From Macrostomum lignano (lineage: Eukaryota), in contig NIVC01000553.1 in assembly GCA_002269645.1 (NCBI GenBank), forward strand, positions 466,554-530,553: DNA of 64,000 nucleotides, in the 5' to 3' direction. Both the position numbers and the translations under genes were made by a program. Below, piece after piece: positions 34,440 to 47,690 of the stretch; the first letter of the stretch is position 1, and every line of letters starts with the position of its first letter. A model generated the notes under the pieces. The model saw only the letters and a list, made by a program, of their open reading frames with translations, ran no database searches and was not told the origin of the DNA.

Positions 34440-37400
34440 ATGAACGTTAACTGTCCTCCGCCTGAACTGCCCGACATGAACAGATTGTGTCGCATGGATT
34501 TCTGCCAAGCCTGCGACCTGTTCCCCGTCGACATGGGCATCGACGTCGGCCCGCTGCAGGCTCGAATCAACGAGTGCAAGCGCCGGTACCACCGGGAGGT
34601 CTGGAAGATTCTCTGTGACGGAGTCGATGGGATAGAAGACCAGGAGGCGGGCGCCAAGGACGGCAAGAGTGGCGCAGTCAAGGAATCGGACAGAAGCGCC
34701 CGAGGCGGCGCCGGAAAGGCGAAGTTTGCCGGCGCCGGGAGGCCGGGCTTCGGCCACTTGGAACTAGACGGCGACAGGCGAGACGGAAGAGCGGTCAGAA
34801 ACCAGGAGGACTTTGAAGACATTCTCAAGGATTTGGACGCGGTGAGATTTCCGGGTTGGAATTGATTTCTATCTACTTGAACTGACTGTAGTTAATATTA
34901 CAGTGAAACCCGTTGCTATATCCTATAGCTCCTTAGCAACCATCCCGCTTGATCCAAGCTCCTTAGCAACTATCCCCGCTTGATCCAAGCTCCTTAGCAA
35001 CCCTCCAGCTTGATCCAAGCTCCTTAGCAACCATCCCCGCTTGATCCAAGCTCCTTAGCAACTATCCCCGCTTGATCCAAGCTCCTTAGCAACCCTCCAG
35101 CTTGATCCAAGCTCCTTAGCAACCATCCCCGCTTGATCCAAGCTCGTTAGCAACCATCCCCGCTTGATCCAAGCTCTTTAGCAACCACCCCGCTTGATTC
35201 AAGCTCTTTAGAAACCACCCCCGCTTGATCCAAGCTCTTTAGAAACCATCCCCGCTTGATCCAAGCTCCTTAGCAACCATCCAAGATTGATCCAAACTCT
35301 TTAGCAACCACCCCCGCTTGATTCAAGCTCCTTAGCAACCACCCCTGCTTGTCCAAGCTCTTTAGAAACCATCCTCGCTTGATCCAAGCGCCTTAGCAAC
35401 CATCCGAGATTGATCCAAACTCTTTAGCAACCACCCCCGCTTGATTCAAGCTCCTTAGCAACCACCCCTGCTTGTCCAAGCTCCTTAGCAACCACCCCTG
35501 CTTGTCCAAGCTCCTTAGCAACCACCCCTGCTTGTCCAAGCTCCTTAGCAACCACCCCTGCTTGTCCAAGCTCCTTAGCAACCACCCCTGCTTGTCCAAG
35601 CTCCTTAGCAACCACCCCTGCTTGTCCAAGCTCTATAGCAACCATCCCCGCTTAATCCAAGCTCCTTAGCAACCATCCGAGATCGATCCAAGCGCTTTAG
35701 CAACCATCCCCGCTTGATCCAAGCTCCTTAGCAACCATCCGAGATTGATCAAAGTCCCATAGCAACCATCTCATATTGATCCAAGTCCCTTAGCAACCAT
35801 CACCGCTTGATCCAAGCTCCTTAGCAACCATCGAAATCGATATGAATTCCTTAACAACCATAACAACTGTTTTTTTCAATATTTATGTCCTTAGCAATCA
35901 TTTAATTATGTCACCATGGCAGCTAGTCAAGCCTCATCTAAAACGCCCTAGCAACCACCTGTCTCCTCATTTCCTCAGCGCACGGAAGATACCACCAAAA
36001 AGAGAGAAAACAGGAACAACAAATCGCGACCGCCCCCAAGGAAGCTCAACAACCAGTCGAACTCGACCGACTCGCCAGCCTCGAGCTCTCGTCGCCGTCC
36101 ACGCAGTCGCTCTGTCGGGGGCGTCCCTGCCAGCGGAAACGCGACCAAAGACGGCATGGCGTGGCTGCCCATTCAGGCCGAACTGCAGAAACTCCGCAGT
36201 TCGCTAGCGGCCGCCGCTGCTCTGGCCGCAACCGCCACTGCGGCTACAAAATCTTGCCGGCGTAACAAAACTCGAAGCGACGACTTTGACGACAGCAAGG
36301 GTGACGACGGCGAGAAGGACATTGGCGAGTTGGTTGAAGAGACCACCCTGACGGGTGAAAGTCGATCTGAGCCTCAACGGGGACAAACGCTGGTGGTCAC
36401 GGTGAGGGATAGGAATCCGGGATAGGGATCTGGGATAGGGATCTGGGATAGGGATCTGGTATAGGGATCTGGTATAGGGATCTGGTATAGGGATCTGGGA
36501 TAGGGATCTGGGATAGGGATCTGGGATAGGGATCTGGGATAGGGATCTGTGATAGGGATCTGGGATAGGGATCTGGGATAGGGATCTGGGATAGGGATCT
36601 GGGATAGGGATCTGGGATAGGGATCTGGGATAGGGATCTGGGATAGGGATCTGGGATAGGGATCTGGGATAGGGATCTGGGATAGGGATCTGTGATAGGG
36701 ATCTGGGATAGGGATCTGGGATAGGGATCTGGGATAGGGATCTGGGATAGGGATCTGGGATAGGGATCTGGGATAGGGATCTGGGATAGGGATCTGGGAT
36801 AGGGATCTGGGATAGGGATCTGGGATAGGGATCTGGGATAGGGATCTGGGATAGGGATCTGGGATAGGGATCTGGGATAGGGATCTGGGATAGGGATCTG
36901 GGATAGATGGGGTCTGAACAGGATTGGAATTTTACATATGCCTACGTGTTGATGGAAATTTCGGGAACTTTTGTGGCTTAGTCGGGATCTAGGGGAGATC
37001 TAAAGTATTTAGATAGCATCTGGAGGATCTAGATGGGATCTGGAGGATCTAGATGGGATCTGAAGGATTTACATAGCATCTGGAGGATATAGATGAGTTC
37101 TGGAGGATTTAGATAGCATCTGGAGGATCTAGATGAGATCTGAAGGATCTAGATGAGATCTGAAGGATTTAGATAGCATCTGGACGATTTAGATAGCATC
37201 TGGAGGATTTAGATAGCATCTGGAGGATTTAGATAGCATCTGGAGGATTTAGATAGCATCTGGACGATTTAGATAGCATCTGGAGGATTTAGATAGCATC
37301 TGGAGGATCTAGTTGATATTAGGAGGATTTAGATGGGATATGGAGGATCTATATGAGATTTGGAGGATCTAGATGGGATCTGGAAAATCTGGATGGGATC

Positions 37401-38348
37401 TGTAGGATAGAGAATATAGTTTAATAGAATCCGAATAGGAAATCAATGTTATAGGGATCTATGCTTTGATACGAACCTTGGCGATCTAGATGGGATTTTA
37501 GTCTGGGATCTGAGGTGGGATTAGAGATCTGGGATAGGGATCTGGGATAGGGATCTGGGATAGGGATCTGGGATAGGGATCTGGGATAGGGATCTGGGAT
37601 AGGGATCTGTGATAGGGATCTGGGATAGGGATCTGGGATGGGGATCTAGGATAGGGATCTGGGATAGGGATCTGGGATAGGGATCTGGGATAGGGATCTG
37701 TGATAGGGATCTGGGATAGGGATCTGGGATAGGGATCTGGGATAGGGATCTGTGATAGGGATCTGGGATAGGGATCTGTGATAGGGATCTGGGATAGGGA
37801 TCTGGGATAGGGATCTGGGATAGGGATCTGGGATAGGGATCTGGGATAGGGATCTGGGATAGGGATCTTGATGCGCATTAAAATCTAGGTAGCTGTGCAG
37901 ATAGGAACCAACTAGGGGACCATTGCTCAACCCCCCTGACCAACCCCCGCAGCTGACACTCAACTCAGAGAATCGCACAGTGGCCGCCTGCTCCAGCACA
38001 GCCAGCTTCCGCACCGACACGGCGACCTCATCGGCCCCAATGCGAATATCCAGCTCCGCTCCGACGGCAGGAACTGCTCTGAGACCAGCCACTGCACTGA
38101 GGTCAGCCACCACCACAACAGACAGCGGTACTCCAACTCGTTCGACAACTTCCAATTCGAAGCGTCAAGTTCGTTCAGAAATTTCTTTTAGTAGCAGCAA
38201 AATTCGCAGCAACGGCAGCGGTGCGTTGGGACGCGCAACAAAATCGGCTGGGGCGGCGGCCACGACGGTAGCGGGATCAAAGTCTGAGACAATTAAAAGT
38301 TCGCTGAATGAGCAAACTTCCAACGAGATAAGAATCAGTGAGCAGTGA
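34440..38348 (+). CDS. Hypothetical protein, 3 exons (~406 aa), Ser/Thr/Ala-rich probably disordered C-terminal half
   Basis: Exons 34440-34841 (MNVNCPPPELPDMNRLCRMDFCQACDLFP..., donor gtgaga), 35979-36401 (donor gtgagg) and 37953-38348, all phase 0 with GC-rich coding composition. Further 5' exons are possible. Confidence 0.7.
34925..35830. repeat. 30-bp minisatellite (CCAAGCTCCTTAGCAACCACCCCTGCTTGT)n, intronic
   Basis: Directly visible. Confidence 0.95.
36415..37868. repeat. Compound intronic array: 13-bp (GGGATAGGGATCT)n at 36415-36905 and 37525-37868 around a 20-bp (TCTGGAGGATTTAGATAGCA)n block at ~37000-37400
   Basis: Directly visible. Confidence 0.95.
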
Positions 38349-38649
38349 ATTTTTGTAGTGAGTTTTTTGAGTCTAAGTGTAGCATGAATTCAAGTATATC
38401 CGTAGTAAGTTCGCGCACTACTACTTGCAGTCTGCATTTCTGCGTCTTTGATGACAAATTTTCTTTGCTTATCAATTTAAAAATCCTATTTCACAATATA
38501 GGTCCTTATGTTTTTAGAATACTACTTAGTAAAGTAACTAAAAGTAGAAATTAAGGGCTTTGCATGTGTTTTTAGACTAAAAGAGAAAATATTTTTGTCA
38601 GTTTTTATAGAATCGTAAATACGCTCGTATTACAGAAGAATGGTTTGGA

Positions 38650-39060
38650 CGGAGTGGGCTATGGATTGGTGTGGGTTGGTTAGGGTTGATTGTGGAGTAG
38701 TGTGGGTTGGTTAGGGTTGATTGTGGAGTAGTGTGGGTTGGTTAGGGTTGATTGTGGAGTAGTGTGGGTTGGTTAGGGTGGATTGTAGATTGGTGTGGGT
38801 TGGTCAGAGTGGATTGTAGATTGGTGTGGGTTGGTCAGAGTGGATTGTAGATTGGTGTGGGTTGGTCAGAGTGGATTGTAGATTGGTGTGGGTTGGTCAG
38901 AGTGGATTGTGGATTGGTGTGGGTTGGTCAGAGTGGATTGTGGATTGGTGTGGGTTGGTCAGAGTGGATTGTAGATTGGTGTGGGTTGGTCAGAGTGGAT
39001 TGTGGATTGGTGTGGGTTGGTCAGAGTGGATTGTGGATTGGTGTGGGTTGGTCAGAGTGC
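38650..39060. repeat. ~31-bp minisatellite (GTGGATTGTAGATTGGTGTGGGTTGGTCAGA)n
   Basis: Directly visible. Confidence 0.93.
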
Positions 39061-39735
39061 ATCATAGTGGGGTCAGAAGCATTGAAGCTGAGACAATTCA
39101 ACAGCCATCGACAATGCAACGGTTGAACTTTTGCAATAATTCCGTTGAAAAAAATTCTTTTTTGAACCAGCTTCTATTCATAATTCATGCATAGGGAAAG
39201 GCAATGTTGAGCTGCGAATTTGCTATGTTAACTTTCTAAAAATATGCACCAAGCATTATGAGTCCGGCACTATGTTTATTGCCAAACAGAAAGAGAGACG
39301 GAGAGAAAGGCTTTGGCACTCGTCAGATTGCCCTGCCAACAACAGCCTCCTCAGCTGCCCGCCTTCATCTCTGCTTTCCATAATCTACACACGCGCGCGC
39401 GGCACCTCTGCCCCCTGCCTCATCAGAGACTTCCCTATTGGATCTCATGGGATCCTCTCCAGGTCCTGCCCGGGGCAGCAACGGTGTTCACCCTTCACCG
39501 GATGGCGGAGGCTGGGGGCGAGACCCAGAGCCCATTCAAGCGATTGGGGCAGCAGGTTATAAAAATAGATCTTTTTTTCTAGCAGGACCGAGAAGCCACA
39601 GCCAAGCCTTCCTAGCAGCTTTCGTAGAAGCTTGAAGCCTAAAATCGTAGCAGGACAAAAACTGGCAATGAATTGACTATAAAGTTACAAATACTATCCA
39701 TTGCTGACTTATCAATAAGAATACCTGAAGTGGAA

Positions 39736-42700
39736 ATGTTCTCCACTTTTTCTGGTGGCCGACGCTACCCGGGCTCAATTTCGCACCGGCACAAGCACGT
39801 GACCTTCGGCAAAGTTGCCATCGGGGTTGCCAAGGGCACCGCCATGATTGGTGAGTGAGGGGGGCATTGTTGTTGACTGGCTTGGAAATCTCTGCGACTC
39901 TCATCTCTCTCTCATCTGTCGGAACCTCATCTCATCTCTGCCTCTCTATATCTCTTGCTCTCTCTGAATCTCATCTTTCCATCCCTCAAATAATCCCAGA
40001 TCTCAATCCCAGAATCTCATGTCTCACTCCCAGATCTCATCTCTCCTCTATCTCAGAATTTCATCTCTCAGAATCCATTCTCAGAGTCTCATCTTTCCTT
40101 TCTCAGAATTTCACATCTACCTTCTCAGAATCTTATTTCTCCCTACTCAGAATCTCATCTCTCCCTTCACAGAATTTCATATCTACCTTTTCCGAATCTT
40201 ATCTCTCTCTTCTCAGAATCTCATATCTACCTTCTCAGTATTTCATTTCTCTCTTGTCAGAATCTCATTTCTCCCTTGTCAGAATTCTATCTCTCATTTA
40301 TCTCAGAATCTCATCTCTCCCTTGTTGGAATTTGATCTCTCCTCTATCTCAGAATCTCATGTCTCACTCCCAAATCTCATCTCTCCTCTATCTTGGAATC
40401 TCATCTCTCCCTACTCAGAATCTCATTTCTCCCTTGTCAGAATCTCCTCTCTCCTATTCTCTTCCTAATTTATCTAATAATTCGGTCAAACCAGTGTTAC
40501 AAAAATCTCAATAAACCCCCCCAAAATGGCCGCATGCAGTGATCGGCGTGCCAGTGTGCACCATAGCCGCGGGATTTCAATAAACCCCCCAAACACCAAA
40601 ATTGCCGCATGCAGTGATCGGCGTGCCAGTGTGCACCATAGCCGCGGGATTTCAATAAACCCCCCAAACACCAAAATTGCCGCATGCAGTGATCGGTGTG
40701 CCAGTGTGCACCATAGCCGCGGGATTTCAATAAACCCCCCAAACACCAAAATTGCCGCATGCAGTGATCGGTGTGCCAGTGTGCACCATAGCCGCGGGAT
40801 TTCAATAAACCCCCCAAACACCAAAATTGCCGCATGCAGTGATCGGTGTGCCAGTGTGCACCATAGCCGCGGGATCTCAATAAACCCCCCAAACACCAAA
40901 ATTGCCGCATGCAGTGATCGGTGTGCCAGTGTGCACCATAGCCGCGGGCATTGGAGCCACCGCCATAGTGGCCTACGGCCTCGCCAGCCCGTTCTATTAC
41001 GGCGGCAAGAAATTAGTGAAGAAAATCCGACGTCGGGTGCGAAAAAAAGAAGAGCTGGAGTGCACGGACCGGCTGACGAGAGAGGACATCCTGGTCTGGC
41101 TGGAGAACTGCGAGGGAGAGCCGGGTGAGTCCATTGTTGCCGGGTGAAATGGATTTAGGTGAATAGATTAAAGTGAATGGATTAGGGAGAATAGATTAGG
41201 GAGAATAGATTAGGGAGAATAGATTAGGGAGAATAGATTAGGGAGAATAGATTAGGGAGAATAGATTAGGGAGAATAGATTAGGGTGAATAAATTGGAAT
41301 GAATAAATTAGGGTGACTAGATTAGGGTGACTAGATTAGGGTGAATAGATTAGGGTGACTAGATTAGGGTTAATAGATGAGGGTGAATGGATTAGGGTAA
41401 TAGATTAGGGTGAATGGATTAGGGTTAATAGATTAGGGTGAATAGATTAGGGTGACTAGATTAGGGTGAATAGATTAGGGTTAATAGATTAGGGTGAATG
41501 GATTAGGGTGAATCGATTTTGGTGAATAGATTAGGGTGGATAGATTTTGGGGAATATATTAACGTAAATATATTAGGATGAATAGGTTAGGGTTAAAAGA
41601 TGAGGGTGAATGGATTAGGGTTAATAGATTAGGGTGAATAGATTAGGGTGAATAGATTAGGGTGAATAGATTAGGGTTAATAGATTAGGGAGAATGGATT
41701 AGAGTGAATAGAATTAGGTGAATAGATTAGGGTGGATAGATTTGGGTGAATAGATTTGGGTGAATAGATTTGGGTGAATAGATTTTGGTGAACAGATTAG
41801 AGAGAATGAATTAGGGTGAATAGATTAGAGTGGATGGATTTGGAAGAATGGATTTGGTTTTGCCCTCAATTGACCTCATGAATTAAAGCACGTGATGCGA
41901 GACACAAAGAGAGCGATCGTGCGTGAACGCTGGCAAGAAATTGTATCCGGATCCGATATTTACAATTCCAGCTTCCATTTCAAAGACTGCTGCACCAGTT
42001 AGTCATAGGTTAGTGATAGAACTGTATCATTAGCAGTCAAAAAGTCATCTGCATCCTCTTTTCGTACATCTTTCTGGAATTTCCCTGAAAGAGTTTCTCG
42101 ATAGACATTTTCCCTACTTTGGCCGATATTTATCGAAAGATAACTTAATGAATCGTAAAAATAGCATTGAATTGTGGACTTTATTAAGTGAGCTAACAAA
42201 TTGCTTGATTACTAAAAAGTATATCAATAGTCGATTGTTCATCTTGAGCCTAGCAACTAGCACTCGTACTCCAGGTCCAAATGCATGCAGTGAATGCAAT
42301 CAGTAGGCCTTGGTAACTCTTGGCAACTCTCTTTTTGTACTTTGTGACAGGCTTTTTTATTAGAGGCCTCCTGGCGCACTTTAAGCGATATTGTCACACA
42401 ACCGGCGAGAGGCATTACTGCCCATTCCGCCGACTCCCCTGAGCAGGCACACAAGCGCGCGGATACGTACGCAGTCATACGCACAGGCACACACTCACAC
42501 AGGAGTGTACAGCGGCCCTAACTTTATTTATCGTTAGGCATGTACACTTCACTGTGCCTTGGGGGTTGGCCCTCAAGGCCGTTCATTTGGCTCAAGCAGA
42601 GCCAAGCCGAGATTCCAATTGAGCCCCGAATTAATGCGACTGCACTTGGAATCGAGCCTGGGCCGCTGGCATATCAGAGCGCGGCGCTAAGTCGCCCCCT

Positions 42701-45700
42701 TCGTCACAGCCTGCCTTCCCTTCTCCTTCCGGAGGTTGAGCTGGAGCGCCACTGGCAGAGCAACATCATATTTCATGATGACTTCTTTTCTTGGGCAGCA
42801 GAGGAGAGCATCTGTGTTGTAGTCTTCTTTCAATCATTTTCGCATTTGCATTATTGGGTTTGGCCTCGACCACCTATATTTGTTAGCTTGGTCCTTCTGC
42901 TCAACTCTCTCATTTTGAGCTGTGCTGCATTACTTAAATTAGACGCGCTAAGTCCGATGAGATTTCCTCTGCTTTCTGTCAAAGAAGTTTTTCGCTAATT
43001 TACTCAGACACAGCATTAGCTCATAGCAATAACATCTGCAGGTGAATTCCCGACTTACTCGAGCAGTAAACCAAACTTTTAAACTGGAATTCCTCACAAT
43101 AAAAGACTAAAAACAATTTGTGAAAATGACAATCATTTTAACAAACAATCGTCAACAAACAACCGTCAACAAACAACCGTCACAACAAACAGCCGTCACA
43201 ACAAACAACCGTCACAACAAACAACCGTCAACAAACAACCGTCACAACAAACAACCGTCACAACAAACAACCGTCACAACAAACAACCGTCACAACAAAC
43301 AACCGTCACAACAAACAACCGTCACAACAAACAACCATCTCAACAAACAACTGTCACAACAAACAACCATCTCAACAAACAACTGTCACAACAAACAACC
43401 ATCTCAACAAACAACTGTCACAACAAACAACCATCTCAACAAACAACTGTCACAACAAACAACCGTCACAACAAACAACCGTCACAACAAACAACCGTCA
43501 CAACAAACAACCGTCACAACAAACAACCGTTACAACAAACAACCATCTCAACAAACAACTGTCACAACAAACAACCATCTCAACAAACAACCGTCACAAC
43601 AAACAACCGTCACAACAAACAACCGTCACAACAAACAACCGTCACAACAAACAACCGTCACAACAAACAGCCGTCACAACAACCAACCGTTACAACAAAC
43701 AACCATCACAAGAAACAACCATCTCAACAAACAACCGTCACAACAAACAACCGTCACAACAAACAACCATCACAAGAAACAACCATCTCAACAAACAACC
43801 GTCACAACAAACAACCGTCACAACAAACAACCATCACAAGAAACAACCATCTCAACAAACAACCGTCACAACAAACAACCGTCACAACAAACGGACGCCC
43901 ATCCATTTGCAGACTCCTCAATTCAGTTCGCCGATGTCTCAGCCGACGAAGTCCATCTAATCGATGCCGCAGACTCGAAGTTCTCGAGCTCAGTTTCCGG
44001 TTCGGCGCTGCGGCTCGGAGCTGCGGCTTCTTCAACTGCGGCAAATTTTGGCGCCAGTCAGCAGCGCAAGAAGCCGGCGCTGAGGCGCCTGTTCAGCCGC
44101 GAGAACCGCTCCGGATTTCTGCTGCTGCAGGGCGCCTCCTCACCAACGGAGGTTGGTGGAGCCACCGCCGCCGCCGCCGCCGCCGACGCCTTTTCGAAAG
44201 GTGCCGCTGACGAAGGCGCCATCGGTGGCGCCTACCAAGCGTTGGTGAACGAGTCGGATGAGTCCGAGATTGAGGGACCCGGTGAGCACGCCAGGGAGTG
44301 CGATTGATGGCGCCGATTCGGGTATTGGAGATTGGCGCCACTTGTAGGTGTCGGGGATCGGCGCCACTTCTAGATGTCATGGATTGGCGCCACTTTTAGG
44401 CGTCAGGGATCGGCGCCACTTCTAGTTGTCAGGGATTGGCGCCACTTCTAGGTGTCATGGATTGGCGCCACTTTTAGGTTTCAGGGATCGGCGCCACTTT
44501 AATTTTAGGGATCGGCGCCACTTTTAGGTTTCAGGGGTCGGCGCCACTTTAATTTTAGGGATCGGCGCCACTTCTAGGTGTCAGGGATCGGCACCATTTT
44601 AATTTTGAGGATTGGCGCCACTTCTAGGTGTCAAGGATCGGCGCCACTTCTAGCTGTCTGGGATTGGCGCCACTTCTAGGTGTCAGGCATCGGCGCCACT
44701 TCTAGGTTACAGGGATCGGCGCCACTTTTAGGGATCGGAGCCACTTTTAGGTTCTAAGGATTGGCGCCACTTTTAGGTTTTAAGGATTGGCGCCACTTCT
44801 TGGTGTCCTGGATCGGCGCCACTTTTAGGGATCGGGGCCACTTTTTAGGCTTTAAGGATCGGCGCCACTTCTAGGTGTCATGGATTGGCCCCATTTGCTA
44901 GATGTCAGGGATCGGCACCACTTTAATTTTAGGGATCGGTGTCACTTCTGGATGCGAGGAATTGACGCTAGAAATCATGCAATCAGCTTTCACTATTTTC
45001 CGTTCTCTCTGGCACAGCGGGGTACTGCAGGGCTCTTTCGGCTTGATGCAGCTCACTGACTTGGCCTGCAGGACTCTCTATTCAAAACCACGCACCGCTA
45101 GGCCCATTGTCAACAATGGGTTCACTCCGTCCTCTGTGTAAGCAGCTGCCCTGATTTCCTGAGCACCTGACTCAAGCTGCTCAGCTTCAACAATCCCAAT
45201 GTCGACCTTCATTGAGCCACCATCTCTCATTGTGGGCTCAGCGCTATTCTATAAATAGATTGTTGGATGGAAATCTTAAATCATTGAATCTGAATCGCAA
45301 AAATTCACTGTGAATCTCAACCATTCACTGTGAATCTGAATAATTCACTGTGAATCACAACCATTCACTGTGAAACGCAATAATTCACTGTGAATCTCAA
45401 CCATTCACTGTGAATCACAATAACTCACTGTAAAGCTCAACCATTCACTGTGAACTGCAAAAATTCACTGTGAATCTCAACCATTCACTGTAAAGCGCAA
45501 TAATTCACTGTAAATCTCAACCATTCACTGTGAACTGCAAAAATTCACTGTGAATCTCAACCATTCACTGTGAGCTGCAATAATTCACTGTGAATAACAA
45601 CCATTCACTGTGAAACGCAATAATTCACTGTGAATCTCAACCATTCACTGTAAACTGCAAAAATTCACTGTGAATCTCAACCATTCACTGTGAGCTGCAA

Positions 45701-46331
45701 TAATTCACTGTGAATCACAACCATTCACTGTGAAACGCAATAATTCACTGTGAATCTCAACCATTCACTGTAAAGCGCAATAATTCACTGTGAATCACAA
45801 ACATTCACTGTGAATCACAAACATTCACTGTGAACCGCAATAATTCACTGTGAATCTCAACCATTCACTATGAACTGCAAAAATTCCCTGTGAATCACAA
45901 CCATTCACTGTGAACCGCATTCTTTCACAATCCTCCTCCCGATTGCAGAGCAGGAGGAGCTGTGGCGCGAGATGGAGCAAGTTGTGAATCGACTCAGACA
46001 GGACCGCCTGTCCATCAGCCCGGAGAACATTGTCACAGTGGACCGGCCGCTCATTCTCGAGAACAGTCAGGATGTGATGCAACTCATTGAACGACTTCAA
46101 CTCGGAGGTCACCTTCGCCAGCTGACCCGAGCTGCATCCATGCCGTCCATCAGCCAGTGGCAGTCGCAATTCCCGAAGCCCGGAGACGATCTGCTGTCGA
46201 GTTTGCCGCAGGCCAGTCTGACTGTGCAGAAGAGGCGCTATCTGAGAGCCGTGTCCGACAATGGCGTGTTGCCGTGTCGAAGGGAGGCGCCCGCGGCCGC
46301 CGCCGCTGTTGCGTCCGAGCCAGTCAGCTGA
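39736..46331 (+). CDS. Hypothetical membrane protein, 4 exons (~358 aa)
   Basis: Exons 39736-39850, 40915-41124, 43913-44281 and 45949-46331, all phase-1 junctions with gtgag donors. Hydrophobic segment IVIGVPVCTIAAGIGATAIVAYGLASPFYY followed by basic GGKKLVKKIRRR. No family recognised with confidence. Confidence 0.65.
39880..40470. repeat. Degenerate CT-rich array (TCAGAATCTCATCTCTC-like), intronic
   Basis: Low-complexity pyrimidine-rich repeats. Confidence 0.8.
40505..40950 (+). repeat. 75-bp tandem repeat x6 spanning an intron/exon boundary
   Basis: Acceptor GCATGCAG ends at 40539, 40614, 40689, 40764, 40839 and 40914. Confidence 0.93.
41150..41860. repeat. 14-bp minisatellite (GAATAGATTAGGG[A/T])n, intronic
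   Basis: Directly visible. Confidence 0.92.
42534..42700 (-). mobile_element. tRNA-derived SINE, family A copy 2
   Basis: Shares CAAGCAGAGCCAAGCCGAGATTCCAATT and TGCACTTGGAATC(A/G)AGCCTGGGCCGCTGG with 24246-24425. B-box-like GGCTCGATTCC on the - strand. Confidence 0.65.
43140..43890. repeat. 16-bp minisatellite (AACAAACAACCGTCAC)n, intronic
   Basis: Directly visible; source of the Q/T/N-rich part of ORF 43120..44307. Confidence 0.94.
44330..44950. repeat. ~25-bp minisatellite (GGATCGGCGCCACTTCTAGGTGTCA)n, intronic
   Basis: Directly visible. Confidence 0.92.
45300..45920. repeat. 20-bp minisatellite (ATTCACTGTGAATCTCAACC)n, intronic
   Basis: Directly visible, with alternating variants. Confidence 0.93.
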
Positions 46332-46539
46332 TTTTGCAACTGAAGTGTGTCTTTGTTGTTGCCGTCAATATGTACATGCAGCGACTTAAGCTCGGACAAT
46401 AGACTTCAAGAAGTACCAACTAGATGAATCTCGGACAGATGATCTGGGATACAATCCGAGTATCTCGAACATGAGTTTTCTGATGCTAGAATTTAAACAC
46501 TATAACTCGGACGCAAGATTTAAGATACTAGACTTCAGA

Positions 46540-47690
46540 CACGTTATCTCGGACACCATATCTCTGATACTATATCTCGGATAGTATATCTTGAACACTA
46601 AACCTCGGACAATAGATCTCGGACAATAGATCTCGGACAATAGATCTCGGACAATAGATCTCGGACAATAGATCTCGGACAATAGATCTCGGACAATAGA
46701 TCTCGGACAATAGATCTCGGACACGATATCTCGGACACTGGATATCGGACACTAGATGTGGGACAATACTAGTAGATCTTGAACACTATATCTCGGACAC
46801 TATAATTCGGATAGTAGATCTCAGACACTATAATTCGGATACTAGATCTCGGACATTATAATTCGGATACTAGATCTCGGACACTAGATCTCGGACACTA
46901 GATCTCGGACACTAGATCTCGGACAATAGATCTCGGACAATAGATCTCGGACAATAGATCTCGGACAATAGATCTCGGACAATAGATCTCGGACAATAGA
47001 TTTCGGACACGATATCTCGGACACTGGATATCGGACACTAGATGTGGGACAATACTAGTAGATTTTGAACACTATATCTCGGACACTATAATTCGGATAG
47101 TAGATCTCAGACACTATAATTCGGATACTAGATCTCGGACATTATAATTCGGATACTAGATCTCGGACACTAGATCTCGGACACTAGATCTCGGACAATA
47201 GATCTCGGACAATAGATCTCGGACAATAGATCTCGGACAATAGATCTCGGACAATAGATCTCGGACAATAGATCTCGGACAATAGATTTCGGACACGATA
47301 TCTCGGACACTGGATATCGGACACTAGATGTGGGACAATACTAGTAGATTTTGAACACTATATCTCGGACACTATAATTCGGATACTAGATCTCGGACAA
47401 TAGATCTCGGACACTAGATCTCGGACAATAGATCTCATGCACTAGATCTCGGACAATAGATCTCGGACACTAGATATCGGTCACTAGATATCGGACGCAA
47501 GACCTTGGTCACTAGATCTTGGACGCTAGATCTCGAACACTACTATTAGATCTTGGACACTATATCTCGGACACTATAATTCGGACACTAGATCTCGGAC
47601 ATTTGAGCTTGGACACTAAATCTCGGACACTAGATATCGGACACTAGATCTCGGACACTATAATTACTATAATTCAGACACTAGATCTTA
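46540..47690. repeat. 14-bp satellite (TAGATCTCGGACAA)n with a ~285-bp higher-order unit
   Basis: Variant block CACGATATCTCGGACACTGGATATCGGACACTAGATGTGGGAC recurs near 46723, 47008 and 47295. Confidence 0.92.

Noticed and set aside
41888-41930. Alternative short terminal exon (ARDARHKESDRA*) for the 39736 gene
   Set aside because: Weak acceptor; the 43913 acceptor gives a longer, compositionally coding, phase-matched continuation.
42000-43000. Degenerate transposase- or integrase-like fragments on the - strand
   Set aside because: Multiple stops and only a vague Cys-motif resemblance; not supportable without a profile search.
43120-43900. Q/T/N-rich mucin-like N-terminus of ORF 43120..44307
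   Set aside because: A 16-bp intronic repeat; the true exon starts at acceptor 43913, in phase with the upstream exon.
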